From positions 201,872,001 through 201,936,000 of the forward strand of contig OX597814.1 in assembly GCA_951406725.2 (NCBI GenBank): DNA of 64,000 nt, given 5' to 3'. How positions within the stretch are numbered: position 1 is the stretch's first letter; each line of letters opens with the position of its first letter. The translations under genes and the position numbers were made by a program. Shown in pieces: positions 12,041 to 25,221 of the stretch. The notes under the pieces are model-generated. The model saw only the letters and a list, made by a program, of their open reading frames with translations, had not been told where the DNA came from and ran no database searches. The DNA comes from Octopus vulgaris (taxonomy: Eukaryota).

Positions 12041-12960
12041 TTTCAGAATACAAAAATTCCTTCTTCAGATATCGCTACGAATTGATCAACTCACTGCTAT
12101 AATTAGTTCTCTAATGGTTACTGAATTATTTTTTTTCCGGAAGTGTCTCTGCAGCGTACTGACGAAGCTCCTTCCAGAATTCCTCATGAGAAGTGTGTGA
12201 GGGCAGCCATGTCTCAAGCTCATGTGTGTTGGCACATCCGCAGCACTGCTTCTAAGTTATGTTTTTTCTTACTGCATATCCTTTCACTGAATCTTTCATA
12301 AGTTATTCGTCGCTCAACCATCCACTCTGCTACACTTACTTCCTTGTATCACACATTCATTCAGATTATTTCCAATGCTGGCTGCTGAAGGATTTCAAAT
12401 GTTTCATCCAAAATCCTAGGATCCCATCTACTTCTGGAGCTTTGCCACTAGTAACATCTTTACCTGTGGCAGGACATTGTCCCTACTTGTAGAAATTTTT
12501 TTTTTTTTGTTTTTCGCTTTCCTATGTTGCTTGATTCTGTCTTAACTATTTTGACAAATTCTTCATTTCCATCTTGTGCAATTATCCATCCTCACATTCT
12601 TGTCCAAAATTCTCCTCCTTCCTCTGTATCTTCACAAACGTTAAGTAAAACTGTCTAATTAGACCCCTAAACTCCCTAAACTACTGTTCATTTTTTACAT
12701 AGTCTCTCTTTGATATAGTCTATCCCAAGGGTAAGCCTTTTTCTCATATGTATTATATTTCTATTCAAGCTAAGCCTTGCAGCATTGTTTTCTTAAGTTA
12801 TCTTTCATCTACTTTGCAATCTCACTCAAATCTCTTTCATCTTTATGTCACCTTCAGTATGTCTTTTCCATCAGAGATCATGTTTCTCTCTTTTTATCTG
12901 CATCTTTTGCCTTCACCACTTTACTAACAACAACTTTTTTCAGCAAAAGATTAAACTACA
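12041..12960 (-). mobile_element. old degraded R4/Dong-like LINE fragment
   Basis: Minus strand near 12390-12450 reads KAPEVDGILGFWMKHL, resembling the WKAPG.DG..GFW.K motif before the RT; abuts (AAT)n. Confidence 0.45.
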
Positions 12961-13056
12961 GGTGTCAATGATGTATGCAGTTGCAACATATACAAACACA
13001 ACATCCACTATTTTGCTTCAGCTGCAATTTTTCTGCTGTTAATACATTTAAAAGTT

Positions 13057-13885
13057 AAGGTGCTCAAGCTGGCAGAAACATTAGCACGCCAGGCGAAATG
13101 CTTAGCGGTATATATCGTCTGCCGTTATGTTCTGAGTTCAAATTCTGCCGAGTTCGACTTTGCCGTTCATCCTTTCGGGGGTCGATTAAATAAGTACCAG
13201 TTACGCACTGGGGTCGATACAGTCGACTTAATCCGTTTGTCTGTCCTTGTTTTTCCCTTTGTGAGGCAGTAAAGAAATAAGAAATGTTAGCATGCCGGAT
13301 GAAATGCTTAGCGGTATTTCATCTGTCTTTACATTCTGAGTTCAAATTCCGTTGAGGGTGACTTTGTCTTTCATCCTTTTGGGAGTCAATAAACTAAGTA
13401 CCAGTTGCATACTGGGATCGATCTAATCGACTGGCTCCCTCCCCCAAAATTTTGGGCCTTGTGCTTAGAGTAGAAATATGAGCATGCTGGGGGGAAATGC
13501 TTTACATTCTGAGTTAAAATTCCATCAAGGTCAACTTTGCCTTTCATCCTTTCAGCATTGATAAATTAAGTACCAGTTTCATATTGAAGTTGACCTAATA
13601 ACTGCCCCCCCCTCCTCAAAATTTTGGGCCTTGTGTCTAGAGTAGGAAATAATATATCGAAAATTCAAGGCAGCAAGATGGCAGAATCTTAATCACACAG
13701 GACAAAATGCTTAGCAGCAGTTTCTCTTTACATTCTGAATTCAAATTCAAACAAGATTGACTTTACCTTTCATCCTTTTTTTTTTGGGGGGGGGGGGTCA
13801 ATAAAATAAGTACCAGTTGATTACTGGGGTCCATGCAATCAACTTACCCTAAAATTTCTGGCCTTGTGCCAAAATTTTAAACCAA
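13057..13885 (+). mobile_element. head-to-tail stack of four family S SINE units
   Basis: Core TTCTGA(G/A)TT(C/A)AAATTC...CATCCTTT repeated at about 13130, 13333, 13507 and 13733. Confidence 0.85.
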
Positions 13886-13943
13886 TATGTCTAAAGTTTA
13901 ATGGTTTTAATACTTTCTGAATTATTTAGAATTTCTGTTAATC

Positions 13944-14067
<124 letters not shown>

Positions 14068-14126
14068 TGCTGTTTTGGTTTGATGGTAATCTTCTAAGAA
14101 TTGCTTCCACCATATGAATGAGATTC

Positions 14127-14446
14127 TTATGACGACAACGGCGATGGTGGTGGTGGTAGTAGTAGTGGTGGTGGTGACGATGACGATGATGATGATGACA
14201 ATGTTGATGATGATGATGACGATGATGACTATGATGATGATGATGACGGCGACGACGATAGTGGTGGTGGTGGTGGTGGTGCAGGCGATGACGATGACGA
14301 TGATGATGATGTCAATGATGATGATGATGATGACGACGATGGGGTGATGATGATGATAACAATGACAATGATGGTTGTGGCGGTAGTGGTGGTGATGACA
14401 ATGACAATGACGATGATGATGATAACGAGGAGGAGGAGGAGGAGGA
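14127..14446. repeat. degenerate (GAT/GGT/GAC)n repeat
   Basis: direct reading. Confidence 0.85.
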
Positions 14447-15848
14447 ATATGCACTGAATTCAGCACAGGTGCAAACCACCTGTTATGAACTGTCAACAGA
14501 ATGTGGTCGAACTGTGTTAAATAAAATCTAATCAAACATCCATAACCGAACTTGTCACCTTTTGCTCCGGTCTCTATCAGATTCTTAACTCACGAAGCTA
14601 AGCATCCATCACAGAAGAAATAAATAAATTAATAAATACATTTCTGAAACACGTTTTAGACTCTTTACAATATGATAAACTACAACAGGATAATCTTGTT
14701 GGAAAATTGAATTGGCGTATAAAACCACTAGTCATGGCAAACATCTTTAAAATATTATTATTTTACATCTACATTGTTAAAACTATTGATTATCCAAACA
14801 CTTTTACAGTCTTATTGATATTGATGCCAATTTTTATTCCAAAATTATATCTAATCTGTTTTTTCTTCTTTCATTTCTTCTGGGAATTTTAACGAAATAA
14901 ATCTATCGTTGCATATTTTTAACCTAATTTTCCTATCACCTTTTTAAGCCTAATATATCGATGTTTTTCTGAATTCACTCTATCTCAAGATAATTTATAT
15001 TTCAACTTAGCCCAGAAGACAGACTCTATCATTAAAAATGTTTTCCTGTTGGATAAAACCATAACACTTTTGTTTCCATTTCCTCACTTTTACCAAACAA
15101 TATAAAATGTTGTATAAAATGCTGATTCAGCTCAATGCTCCATTTTAACATCACGGTTGATTAAGTTACTTGCAAGCTCCTATTTGCTTCTAGAAATCTC
15201 CATTATACTTGGGCATATCTCCAGAATTACTGCTCCTTTATATGTTCCTTTTCAATACCCCGATAATGAGAGGAATGAAAACTTCCTTAGCTCTGCCATA
15301 AGGTGGTGCTTTCTGATTAGTCAGCAATAATTGTGGCAATGGCAATTTCTTAAACTGAAGTGTGTTATTGCACATTAACAAAATTATCTCTGGATATTTC
15401 TTTGATCTAATGAATGGTATTGAATTCTTCTCTAAGACATTGAGGAGAAATCTTTGCCATCTACTTCCTGTAACTAATGAAATGCAAAGTGATTAATCAC
15501 CTTTAAAGGTTTCCACAGCATGCCAGGATTCCCTTGAAGGAATCGGAAAAACGAGAATCCTTGCCATTGAATAACAATTTTGCTTTCTAATGAAAATGAA
15601 AATGAGCAGCAAACAGGAAATGATTGTTAAAGGGAGACAAGTAGTAGCACCAGAACACAAAGCTTTGCTGCTCATGTGCTGTTATAATAGACATAAAGTA
15701 ACAACGTCAGAAATGACATCACTTTAACCTTGTTTAATTTTTATGCCGTTCCAAATTATATTCATTTTACAGGAATTAGCCAAATTTCATTGTTACGTTT
15801 CTGTTTTGTCTTTTGCCTTTTACTTGTGTAATGAAGGAAATAAAACAA

Positions 15849-15907
<59 letters not shown>

Positions 15908-15909
<2 letters not shown>

Positions 15910-16595
15910 CATCATCATCATCATCATCATCATTGTTTAAATCCATTTTCCATGCTGGCATGGATTGGATGGTTTGACTGAGGGCTGGAGAGCTGACGTC
16001 TGCACCAAGCTCCAATCTGATCTGGCAGTGTTTCTATAGCTGGATGCCCTTCCTAATATCAACCACTCCAAGAGTATAGTGAGTGCTTTTTACATGCCAC
16101 CGGTATAAGAGCCAGTCAGTGGGTACTGGCCTTAGGTATTTGGTTGGTGCTTTTTATGTGCCACCAGCATGGGAGCCAGTCAGGAGGTACTGGTATCAGC
16201 CACATTCAGATGATGCTTTTTTACATGCCACTGACATAGGAGCCAGTCAGGGGAGTACTGGTATTAACCACATTTGGATGATACTTTTATAGAGGCCACT
16301 GGCATGGGAGCCAGTCAGGGGTCACTGGCATCAACCACGTTCAGATGGTGCTTTTTATGTACCACTGGCATGGGAGCCAGTCAGGGGTCACTGGCATCAA
16401 CCATGTCCGGATGGTACTTTTTTACATGCCACTGGCACAAGAGCCAGTCAGGGGGGGCACAGGCATCAACCATGTTTGGATGGTGCCTTTTACATTCCAC
16501 TGGCACAGGGGCCAGTCAAGGGGCACTGGCCACAGCTATGATATTGTATGATATCAGTATGATATTACTTGACTCAACAGGTCTTCTCAAGCACC
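15908..16595 (-). mobile_element. family R RTE 3' UTR with about seven ~65-bp units
   Basis: (CAT)n tail, GGATGCCCTTCCTAA, repeated GGTGCTTTT..ATGCCACTGGCATGGGAGCCAGTCAGG. Confidence 0.85.
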
Positions 16596-17357
16596 AAAAT
16601 AAGTATTCTTCATTCCAAAGTAAGACCTTGGAAAAAGTTTCTTCTTGAAATAAATATCAACAGGATTATTACGGAAAAGAAAAATTAGAAAATGTTGCTC
16701 ATATTACGGCCTGTACACTCTACAACATCATATATGCCTGCAGAGGCTTCCTCATAAAATAGTCTAGTGGACACTCAGAAGAATCATATCAACTTGTTTC
16801 AGTCAATTGACTGCAGCCATGCTGGAGCAACACCTTCATGAATTCTTAGTGAAATGATTCAATCATTATATATGTTTGTTTTTTAATTTTATCCAAGCCA
16901 AGTACATATTCTATTGGACTCTTTTGCCCAACTGCTAAGTTATGACAGCACAAACACATCAGTACTGGTTATCAAGTGATGGTGGCAGATCACTTGGACA
17001 CTGGTGTTGATGTAATCAAACAGGCAGCAGAAATTTGAAACCAATATAAGAAAAAGACATCACACATGTCCCCTACAGGGTCTTTGAGACTGGTGGATGA
17101 GAGAAAGAAGAAACCATGACTCATTTGGTGCCGTCTATCAGATGAGTCTCCACAGAAATTCCATCAACTCAGTCTCATGCACAAGGTAGAGTCATAGATA
17201 GAATGTGTGATGCTTAAGGTGGTCCCTAAAATTGCTCTCCACCCCATACAGGCCCAAAAGTGTCATTCCCATATTGGCATTGCCTGGGGCAGGCTTCCCT
17301 ATAGAAATGGATTCTTGCCTTAGGTGCCTCAAAGCCTGATTGAACCTAGAATAATTA

Positions 17358-17765
17358 TAGACACAGGCATGACTGTGCGATAAGAAGCTTGCCTCCCAAC
17401 CGCATGGTTCTGGGTTCAGTTCCAATGTGTGCCATTATGGGCAATTGCTTTCTACCATATTCTTAGGCTAACAGACCTTGTAAGTTGATATACTTGATGG
17501 TAAATGAAAGAAGCCTGTCATGTGTGTGTGTGTGTATATGTGTGTACATGTGCGTGTGTGTATATGTGTGTGTGTGTGCGTGCGTATATGTGTGTGTGTG
17601 TGTCTTTGTGTCTGTGTTTGACAGCCAGTGTTGGTGTGTTTACATCCCTGTAACTGAGAGAATAAGTACCAGGCTTAAACAACAAAAACAAATAAGTCAT
17701 TCCACTAAAAATCTTTCAAGGCTGTGCCCCAGCATGGCCACAGTCTGATGACAGAAACAAAAAAA
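17358..17765 (+). mobile_element. family K SINE with internal deletion
   Basis: head, (TG)n and tail segments match 25584-25989. Confidence 0.75.
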
Positions 17766-17984
17766 AATAATAAAAACATAGAGATAATCAATAGAAAGTT
17801 TTTCCATTGCCATGAATCTGAATATTTATAAAACAATTCAGTGAAGCGGAAACTCTGTTTATTTTTCTATTCATTAGACTGACTCAGCTAAAAACGATAA
17901 AAAAAAAACTTTCACTGTTGATTTTTTTAACCAACATCATAACTTCTTTCGTTCACTAATTTGTTTTAGTCATCAATATTATTA

Positions 17985-18212
17985 GTGAGCTGGCAGAATC
18001 GTTAGCACGCGGAGCAAAATGCTTAGCGGTATTTCGTTTGCCATTGCATTCTGAGTTCAAATTCTGCCGAGGTCAACTTTGCCTTTCATCCTTTCGGGGT
18101 CGATTAAATAAGTACCAGTTACGCACTGGAGTCGATGTAATCGCCTTAATCCCTTTGTCTGTCCTTGTTTGTCCCCTCTATGTTTAGCCCCCTGTGGGCA
18201 ATAAAGAAATAA
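17985..18212 (+). mobile_element. family S SINE
   Basis: head, core and GTCCCCTCTATGTTTAGCCCC tail. Confidence 0.9.
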
Positions 18213-18433
18213 AATATTATCCCCAAGCTGGAGCCTCACTTTCAGACTAGTGTTCCTGAGTTTTTAAACAAGACTAGTGTGTGGTTTGGAATCTTGCTTG
18301 TCAAGCATGTGGCCTTGAGTTCAATTTCACTGTGTGGCACCTTGGGTGAGTGTCTTACGTTATAGCCCCAGGTTGACCAAAGCTTTGTGAGTGGATCTAA
18401 TACACAGAACCGGAAAAAAACCCATTCTCTCTC

Positions 18434-18795
18434 TTTCAGGATGATAATGCACCAATTCACACAGCTAAAGTTGTTACTGAATGGCACGAGGAATATTCTA
18501 GTGAAATTGAACATCTTATCTGGCCATCATAGTCCCCAGATCTCAACATCATTGAACATGTATGATGCATTTTAGAAAAACAAGTAACGAGTCGATATCC
18601 TCCACCATCATCACTACAAGAACTGGAGACTGTTTTAGCTGAAAAATGGACAAAAATTCCTTTGGAAACAATTCAAACTTTGTACGAGTCCATACCTCGT
18701 ATAATTCAAGCTGTAGTTACTGCCAAAGGTGGTCCTACACCATATCAAAATAAATTAGTTTGAATTTTAAGGTGTTTCCATAATTTTGTCCAACC

Positions 18796-18800
<5 letters not shown>
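18434..18800 (+). pseudogene. Tc1-family (DD34E) transposase 3' remnant with right terminal repeat
   Basis: FQDDNAPIHTAK...WPS*SPDLNIIEHV...AKGGPTPY with stops; ends ATAATTTTGTCCAACCACT followed by TA. Confidence 0.85.
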
Positions 18801-18849
<49 letters not shown>

Positions 18850-19026
18850 AATCCCAAAAAGAACTGACACAAAAAAACAACAACACAAGGATGTGGTACA
18901 TGTAATGCTTTACCAGATGCTCTGGGAAGGAAAGACAACACAAGGATGTGGTACATGTAATGCTTTACCAGATGCTCTGGGAAGGAAAGAAAAATGGTTT
19001 CATGTTTCGGGAAGACACTCTTCTTA

Positions 19027-19066
<40 letters not shown>

Positions 19067-19185
19067 CTTTGATACTTTGAAGGTCCAATAGCAGGGAAGA
19101 CGGAAGGAGAAAATTGCCAACGATTCACATGTGGTTACATTTTGAAATTTGTACTTATGTGTATGTATGTATGTATGTATGTATG

Positions 19186-19229
<44 letters not shown>

Positions 19230-19232
<3 letters not shown>

Positions 19233-20921
19233 TCATTCATTTAGCGTCCGTTTTCCATGCTAGCATGGGTTGGACGGTTCAACTGGGGTCTGGGGAGCCC
19301 GAAGGCTGCACCAGGCCAGTCAGATCTGGCAGTGTTTCTACAGCTGGATGCCCTTCCTAACGCCAACCACTCCGAGAGTGTAGTGGGTGATTTTATGTGC
19401 CACCGACACAGGTGCTAGACGAGGCTGGCGAACGGCCACGCTCGGATGGTGTTTTTTATGTGCCACCGACACAGGTGCCAGACGAGGCTGGCAGACGGCC
19501 ACGCTCGGATGGTGTTTTTATGTGCCACCGACACAGGTGCCAGACGAGGCTGGCAGACGGTCACGCTCGGATGGTGTTTTTATGTGCTACCGACACAGGT
19601 GCCAGATGAGGCTGGCGAACGGCCACGATCGGATGGTGTTTGTTACGTGTCCGCAGCACGGAGGCCAGTCGATGCGGTACTGGCTAAGGCCACGTTTGGA
19701 TGGTTTTCTTGTGTGCCACCGGCACTGGTACCACAAGATACAAATTCCATTGATGTTCATCTATTTTGATTTGATTTGATTTGATTTGATTTTCACTTAC
19801 CTCAACAGGTCTTCACAAGTGTCACAAGAAGGAAGGTATGCACAGGTGGACTGACTACGTCCCAGGTAGGGGCCACGGGTTATGGCCTGACTAGTCTTGC
19901 CGGGTCTTCGGATGGTGTTTTTATGTGCCACCGACACAGGTGCCAGATGAGGCTGGCGAAACGGCCACGATCGGATGGTGTTTGTTACTTGCCCACAGCA
20001 CGGAGGCCAGTCGATGCGGTACTGGCTACGGCCACGTTCGGATAGTTTTCTTGTGTACCACAAAGATACAAATTCCATTGATGTTCATCTATTTTGATTT
20101 GTTTTGATTTGATTTGATTTGATTTTCACTTGCCTCAACAGGTCTTCACAAGTGTCACAAGAAGGAAGGAAGGTATGCACAGGTGGACTGACTACGTCCC
20201 AGGTAGGGGCCACGGGTTATGGCCTGACTAGTCTTGCCGGGTCTTCAGATGGTGTTTTTATGTGCCACCGACACAGGTGCCAGATGAGGCTGGCAAACGG
20301 CCACGATCGGATGGTGTTTGTTATGTGCCCACAGCACGGAGGCCAGTCGATGTGGTACTGGCTACGGCCACGTTCGGATGGTTTTCTTGTGTGCCAACGG
20401 CACTGGTATCACAGAGATACAAATTCCATTGATGTTCATCTATTTTGATTTGTTTTGATTTTCACTTGCCTCAAAAGGTCTTCACAAGTGTCACAAGAAG
20501 GAAGGTATGCACAGGTGGACTGACTACGTCCCAGGTAGGGGCCACGGATTATGGCCTGACTAGTCTTGCCGGGTCTTCGGATGGTGCTTTTATGTGCCAA
20601 CGACACAGGTGCCAGATGAGGCTGGCGAACGGCCACGATCGGATGGTGTTTGTTACGTGCCCACAGCACAGAGGCCAGTCGATGCGGTACTGGCTACCGC
20701 CACGTTCGGATGGTTTTCTTGTGTGCCACCGGCACTGGTACCACAAAGATACAAATTCCATTGATGTTCATCTATTTTGATTTGTTTTGATTTGATTTGA
20801 TTTTATTTTGATTTTCACTTGCCTCAAAGGTCTTCACAAGTGTCACAAGAAGGAAGGTATGCACAGGTGGACTGACTACGTCCCAGGTAGGGGCCACGGG
20901 TTATGGCCTGACTAGTCTTGC

Positions 20922-20922
<1 letters not shown>
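19230..20922 (-). mobile_element. family R RTE 3' region with ~63-bp units and a ~335-bp higher-order repeat (x4)
   Basis: GGTCTTCACAAGTGTCACAAGAAGGAAGGTATGCACAGGTGGACTGACTACGTCCCAGGTAGGGGCCACGG at about 19808, 20141, 20477 and 20829. Confidence 0.9.
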
Positions 20923-20966
<44 letters not shown>

Positions 20967-21033
20967 ATGTATATATGTATATTACTAACCACTACACATT
21001 CTTTATTTCCTGTCCTTGTTTCTTTCTGTGTTC

Positions 21034-21069
21034 CTTTCTGTGGAAGAGCGTAGGCTCAAAACATTAAAG
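21034..21069 (+). ncRNA. degenerate minimal hammerhead motif, family B
   Basis: cttt CTGTGGA A GAGC gtag GCTC AAAA CATT aaag. Confidence 0.45.
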
Positions 21070-21416
21070 ACTTTTTCACTTCCCGAGCATTAAACTAATA
21101 CATCTGTTTGTTGTCTACACCCCCTGTCTTCGTCTTTTGTTTTTTTGTGAATTCTCCCTATATATATATATGTATATATATACAGGCACATATGCATGGT
21201 GGCACAAAAGTCACGCACCAGCAAAATAACACTTTGCCATAACATCATCATGTTTGTTATTTTTTGTAAGTAAATGTGGAAAATGTTTGTGACTGGGGGG
21301 AGGTGCATGACCCTTGCACCACCCTGGGTATGCATTTACATACATACATACACACACATGGACACATGCATATACATGCACACACACACATGCACACATG
21401 CACGCACACATATATT

Positions 21417-21727
21417 GTGGAGGCACATAGCTTAGTGGTTGGGGTTTTCATCTCACAATTCACGTTTGTAAGGCCGTGAGTTCTATTCCTGGCCACACAT
21501 TGTGTCCTTGAGCAAGACCCTCGTGTATTTCCAATTGCTCCAGTCCACTCAGCTGTCAGAAATGAGTTGTAGCTGTATTTGAAAGGGCCAGCCTTGTTAC
21601 ATACTGTGTCAAGCTGGATCTCTCTGAGAACTACATTAAGGATTCCTGTGTCTGTGGAGTACTCAGCCACTTGCACGTTAATTTCATGAGCAGGCTGTTC
21701 TCTCTTCCCGACTGGTGGAGTGCCAGT
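21417..21727 (+). mobile_element. tRNA-derived SINE, family O (diverged)
   Basis: GTGGAGGCAC head; shares GAGAACTAC.TTAAGG...GTGTCTGTGGAGT.CTCAGCCAC with 26219-26611. Confidence 0.75.
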
Positions 21728-21737
21728 CTTATATATG

Positions 21738-22344
21738 TATGAGGTGGTGAAGCATGACCTTCGAAATTTGGGCCTCACAGAGCCAATGACAAGTGACCGA
21801 AACCTTTGGAGATATGTTGTGACTGAGAGGACCTGGCAAGCCAAATGAGATCATGGCCATGGCCAATGCCAGTGTTGCATGACTGGCCCGTTTAAAAGTA
21901 CCCTTCAATCATCGGGCCATATGCTGTGTGAGACAAGTGAAATAATAATCATGGCCCATGCCAGTGCCACCTGACTGCCACTTGTGCCAGTGACAGGTAA
22001 AAAGCACCATTCAAGTGTGGTTGATGCCAGTGTCGTCTGAACTTGCCCCCATACCAGTGGCACATAAAACGCACCCACTACACTCCGAGAGTGTGGGTGC
22101 CTTTTACATGCCACCGGCACAGGTGCCAGGTGAGGCAGCACTGGCATCGACCACACTCGCATGGTGCTTTTTACCTGTTACTCAGTGTGTGTGTGTGGGG
22201 GGGGGGCATCCAGCTGTAGAAATCTTGCCAGATCAGATTAGAACTTGGTGCAGCCTCCTGGCTTGCTAGTCCCCAGTCAAACCATCCAACCCATGCCAGC
22301 ATGGAAAACAGATGTTAAACGATGATGATGATAATGATGATGAT
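21738..22344 (+). mobile_element. family R RTE 3' fragment
   Basis: EVVKHDLRNLGLTEPMTSDRNLWRYVVTERTWQAK*, then UTR and (GAT)n. Confidence 0.85.
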
Positions 22345-22661
22345 ATATACAGCAATCCCTCACCATATCATGATTCACCTACTGAGGTTCATCTATCACA
22401 GTTTATTATTTAAGCTTATGTCAATCCCTCTATGGTGTTGGTCTGCATTTATAATAAAATAAATATATACAATTCTGTTGTATATATAGAAAAATAAAAA
22501 AGAAATAAGTGGAAATTTTACCACTGAGTGTATTAAATTATAAAGGCACCAAAAGAGAATGACTCTCCCCAGACACAACAGAACATGCTTCAACACACGG
22601 ATTCACATAAAGAATCTTGCAAACCAAATCCCAAAACGAAATAAAATATATACAAATTATA

Positions 22662-23131
22662 CAGGGTGCAACAGAAATACCTCCCACATTTGAAAGATTG
22701 ACAAAAGGAAAAGGAAATAACATCATCATCATCATCATCATTTAGCGTCCGTTCTCCATGCTAGCATGGGTTGGACGGTTCAACTGGGGTCTGTGAAGCT
22801 GGAAGGCTTCATCAAGCCCAGTCAGATCTGGCAGTGTTTCTACGGCTGGATGCCCTTCCTAACGCCAACCACTCCGTGAGTGTAGTGGGTGCTTTTTACG
22901 TGCCACCTGCACAGGTGCCAGACAGAGCTGGCAAACGGCCACGAACGGATGGTGCTTTTACGTGTCACCGGCACGGGGCCAGGCGAGGCTGATTAATTTT
23001 ACTGCTGTTTAAACAAAGGGTTACAGTTTTTATTCATTAGCTAAATGAAAATATTATTAGCATTTGCATAAGTTCATTAGCAACACATAGGTGAAAGTTT
23101 AAAATGTGGGAGGTATTTCTGCTGCACCCTG
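22662..23131. mobile_element. Tc1/mariner-type MITE nested in the previous element
   Basis: 30-bp TIR CAGGGTGCA(A/G)CAGAAATACCTCCCACATTT at both ends; TA on both sides. Confidence 0.85.
22721..22991 (-). mobile_element. young family R RTE 3' end nested in the MITE
   Basis: Near-identical to the reverse complement of about 30645-30900. Confidence 0.9.
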
Positions 23132-23501
23132 TAAAAATAAATTAAAAAAAATATACAGTACAGTACTGTTTCAACTTTGTGGATTTCCCCTATTGGGATG
23201 GGGTTTGGAATGTAACACCCGCTATAGTTGAGTGATTACTGTATATGTATATGTATGTATGTTTTTGGGTACACCCTTGTCTAGCCATCGTGTGATGGCT
23301 GTAAAGGAGCATCATTATCACACAAGCAAGGTTTGTTCGTTGGTGCCTTCCATGAAAAAAATGTCTAGCTATGGAGAAAATATTAACTCATTTGGGAACA
23401 AATGAGGGTTGGCAACAGGAAAGAGCATCATCCAAGCATAGAAAGTCTGCCTCAACAAATTTCATTTGATCCATGCAAAGGATAGAATATTGGACGTTAA
23501 A

Positions 23502-23965
23502 CAAGGTGGCGAGCTGGTAGAAACATTAGCATGCCAGACGAAATGCTTAGCAGTATTTCGTCTGCCATTACATTCTGAGTTCAAATTCTGCCGAGGTCGA
23601 CTTTGCCTTTCATCCTTTCGGGGTTGTTAAATTGAGTACGCGTTGCGTACTAGGGTCAATCAAATCGCCTTGCCTCCTCTCACAAAATTTTGGGCTTTGT
23701 GCCTTGAGTAGTAAAAAAGTATTTAACAAGGCGTGGTGGTGAGCTAGCAGAAATGTTAGCATGCCAGGCGAAATGCTTAGCAGTATTTCGTCTGTCTTTA
23801 CGTTCTGAGTTCAAATTCCGCCAAAGTCGACTTTGCCTTTCATCCTTTTGGGGCCAATAAATTGAGTACGAGTTGCGTACTGGGGTCAATGTAATCAACT
23901 TAATCCCTTTGTCCATCCTTGTTTGTCCCCTCTATGTTTAGCCCCTTGTGGGCAATAAAGAAATA
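23502..23965 (+). mobile_element. family S SINE dimer inside one 18-bp TSD
   Basis: AGAATATTGGACGTTAAA at 23484-23501 and 23966-23983. Confidence 0.9.
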
Positions 23966-24616
23966 AGAATATTGGACGTTAAATGATGATGATGATGATG
24001 ATGATGATGTTGATGATGATGATTGCAACTTTCTTAATTTTAACCAAATGGATGGAACTAAGAAATCAGTTACTTAAATGGCAGCTGGTGTCTTTCTAGG
24101 TGACTCTAATAATCTCCTGCTAGTTTCAGTTCTGTAAAAGGTCTTACCATGAATTATTCACTGCGTGTTGGTGAAACTCAGTGCCACACCATGTAATTTA
24201 AACACCATAAATCAAGCTTGCTATTTAGATAACTGTCTGATTAAGGAACCAATTTAAATATCAACCAGGTAGCGCAAGCAATTAATCTGCTTCTCACTGA
24301 CTGAGAATAAATACTAAAACAGCTTCCCTTGCATTCTGTAAATGTGAATTGTTGTGGAAAATGTTTGGTGATTTGGCATCGGGTTAATAATCAATCAAAA
24401 AAAAAAAAAAGAAAAGAAAGAAAATAGTGTTGCAAAAAAGGAAATCTTTTTATTTCAAACAAAAGATTGGTGGGTATAGCTTTTTTTTCTTTCTTCCTTA
24501 AGTGTAGCTAATTATTGTGAGGGCTTGGCTTTATAAAAAAATTTTCTTTCTCCTCCTCAATGTCATCACCACCAACATCATGCTTATCACCAACATCATC
24601 ATCATCATCGTCATTG

Positions 24617-24677
<61 letters not shown>

Positions 24678-24695
24678 TATCATCATCATCACAAT

Positions 24696-24744
<49 letters not shown>

Positions 24745-24960
24745 TGTTGTTGTTGCTGTTGTTATTATTATTATTGTTATTTAATGAAAACTCTCAGTTT
24801 ATTTTGTATGATAGAAAGTATTAACTGTCCAAAGCCAGCAGACTAAGGTGACATTTGTTTACTGGTCATGCTTCAAGAATCCTGCAAAGAATTCTTGCAA
24901 TTCCAAGCAATGCTTATTTTTGTGGGATTATTGTTGTTATTATTACTATTATTGTTGTTG

Positions 24961-24991
<31 letters not shown>

Positions 24992-25012
24992 AGTTATTAT
25001 TATTATTATTAA

Positions 25013-25059
<47 letters not shown>

Positions 25060-25063
<4 letters not shown>

Positions 25064-25221
25064 CTAGTTTTATTTTTATCACATGCTTTTACTGCACTAC
25101 CGAGCGCAACTCTGTGTGCCTTGGGTACGTGCTGCAGTTTGTTGTGGTGCTCTTATTTTCACTGTATTGAAAGTGCTTTACATAGGATTTATGCAGTGCC
25201 CAGTAGTGCTATTTTCTGTAT
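25060..25221 (-). mobile_element. family D2 LINE 3' end next to (TTA)n
   Basis: matches 8648-8810. Confidence 0.75.

Larger units (their letters stand above)
22350..23241. mobile_element. Tigger/pogo-like MITE
   Basis: TA-flanked imperfect TIRs: CAGCAATCCCTCACCATA versus reverse complement CAGTAATCACTCAACTATA. Confidence 0.6.

Noticed and set aside
12030-12075. Minus-strand CTGAAGA-A-GGAAT/ATTCT-GAAA motif
   Set aside because: Stem II pairs, but stems I and III would rely on an adjacent (ATT)n microsatellite; not supportable.
14450-15850. Non-repetitive stretch as coding exons (also 24030-24500 and 38800-39330)
   Set aside because: No convincing acceptor-ORF-donor combination or recognisable motif; may be regulatory or old repeat DNA.
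17740-17765. CTGATGA...GAAA hammerhead
   Set aside because: Only 2 nt between the motifs, so no stem II; it is a mutated family K SINE tail.
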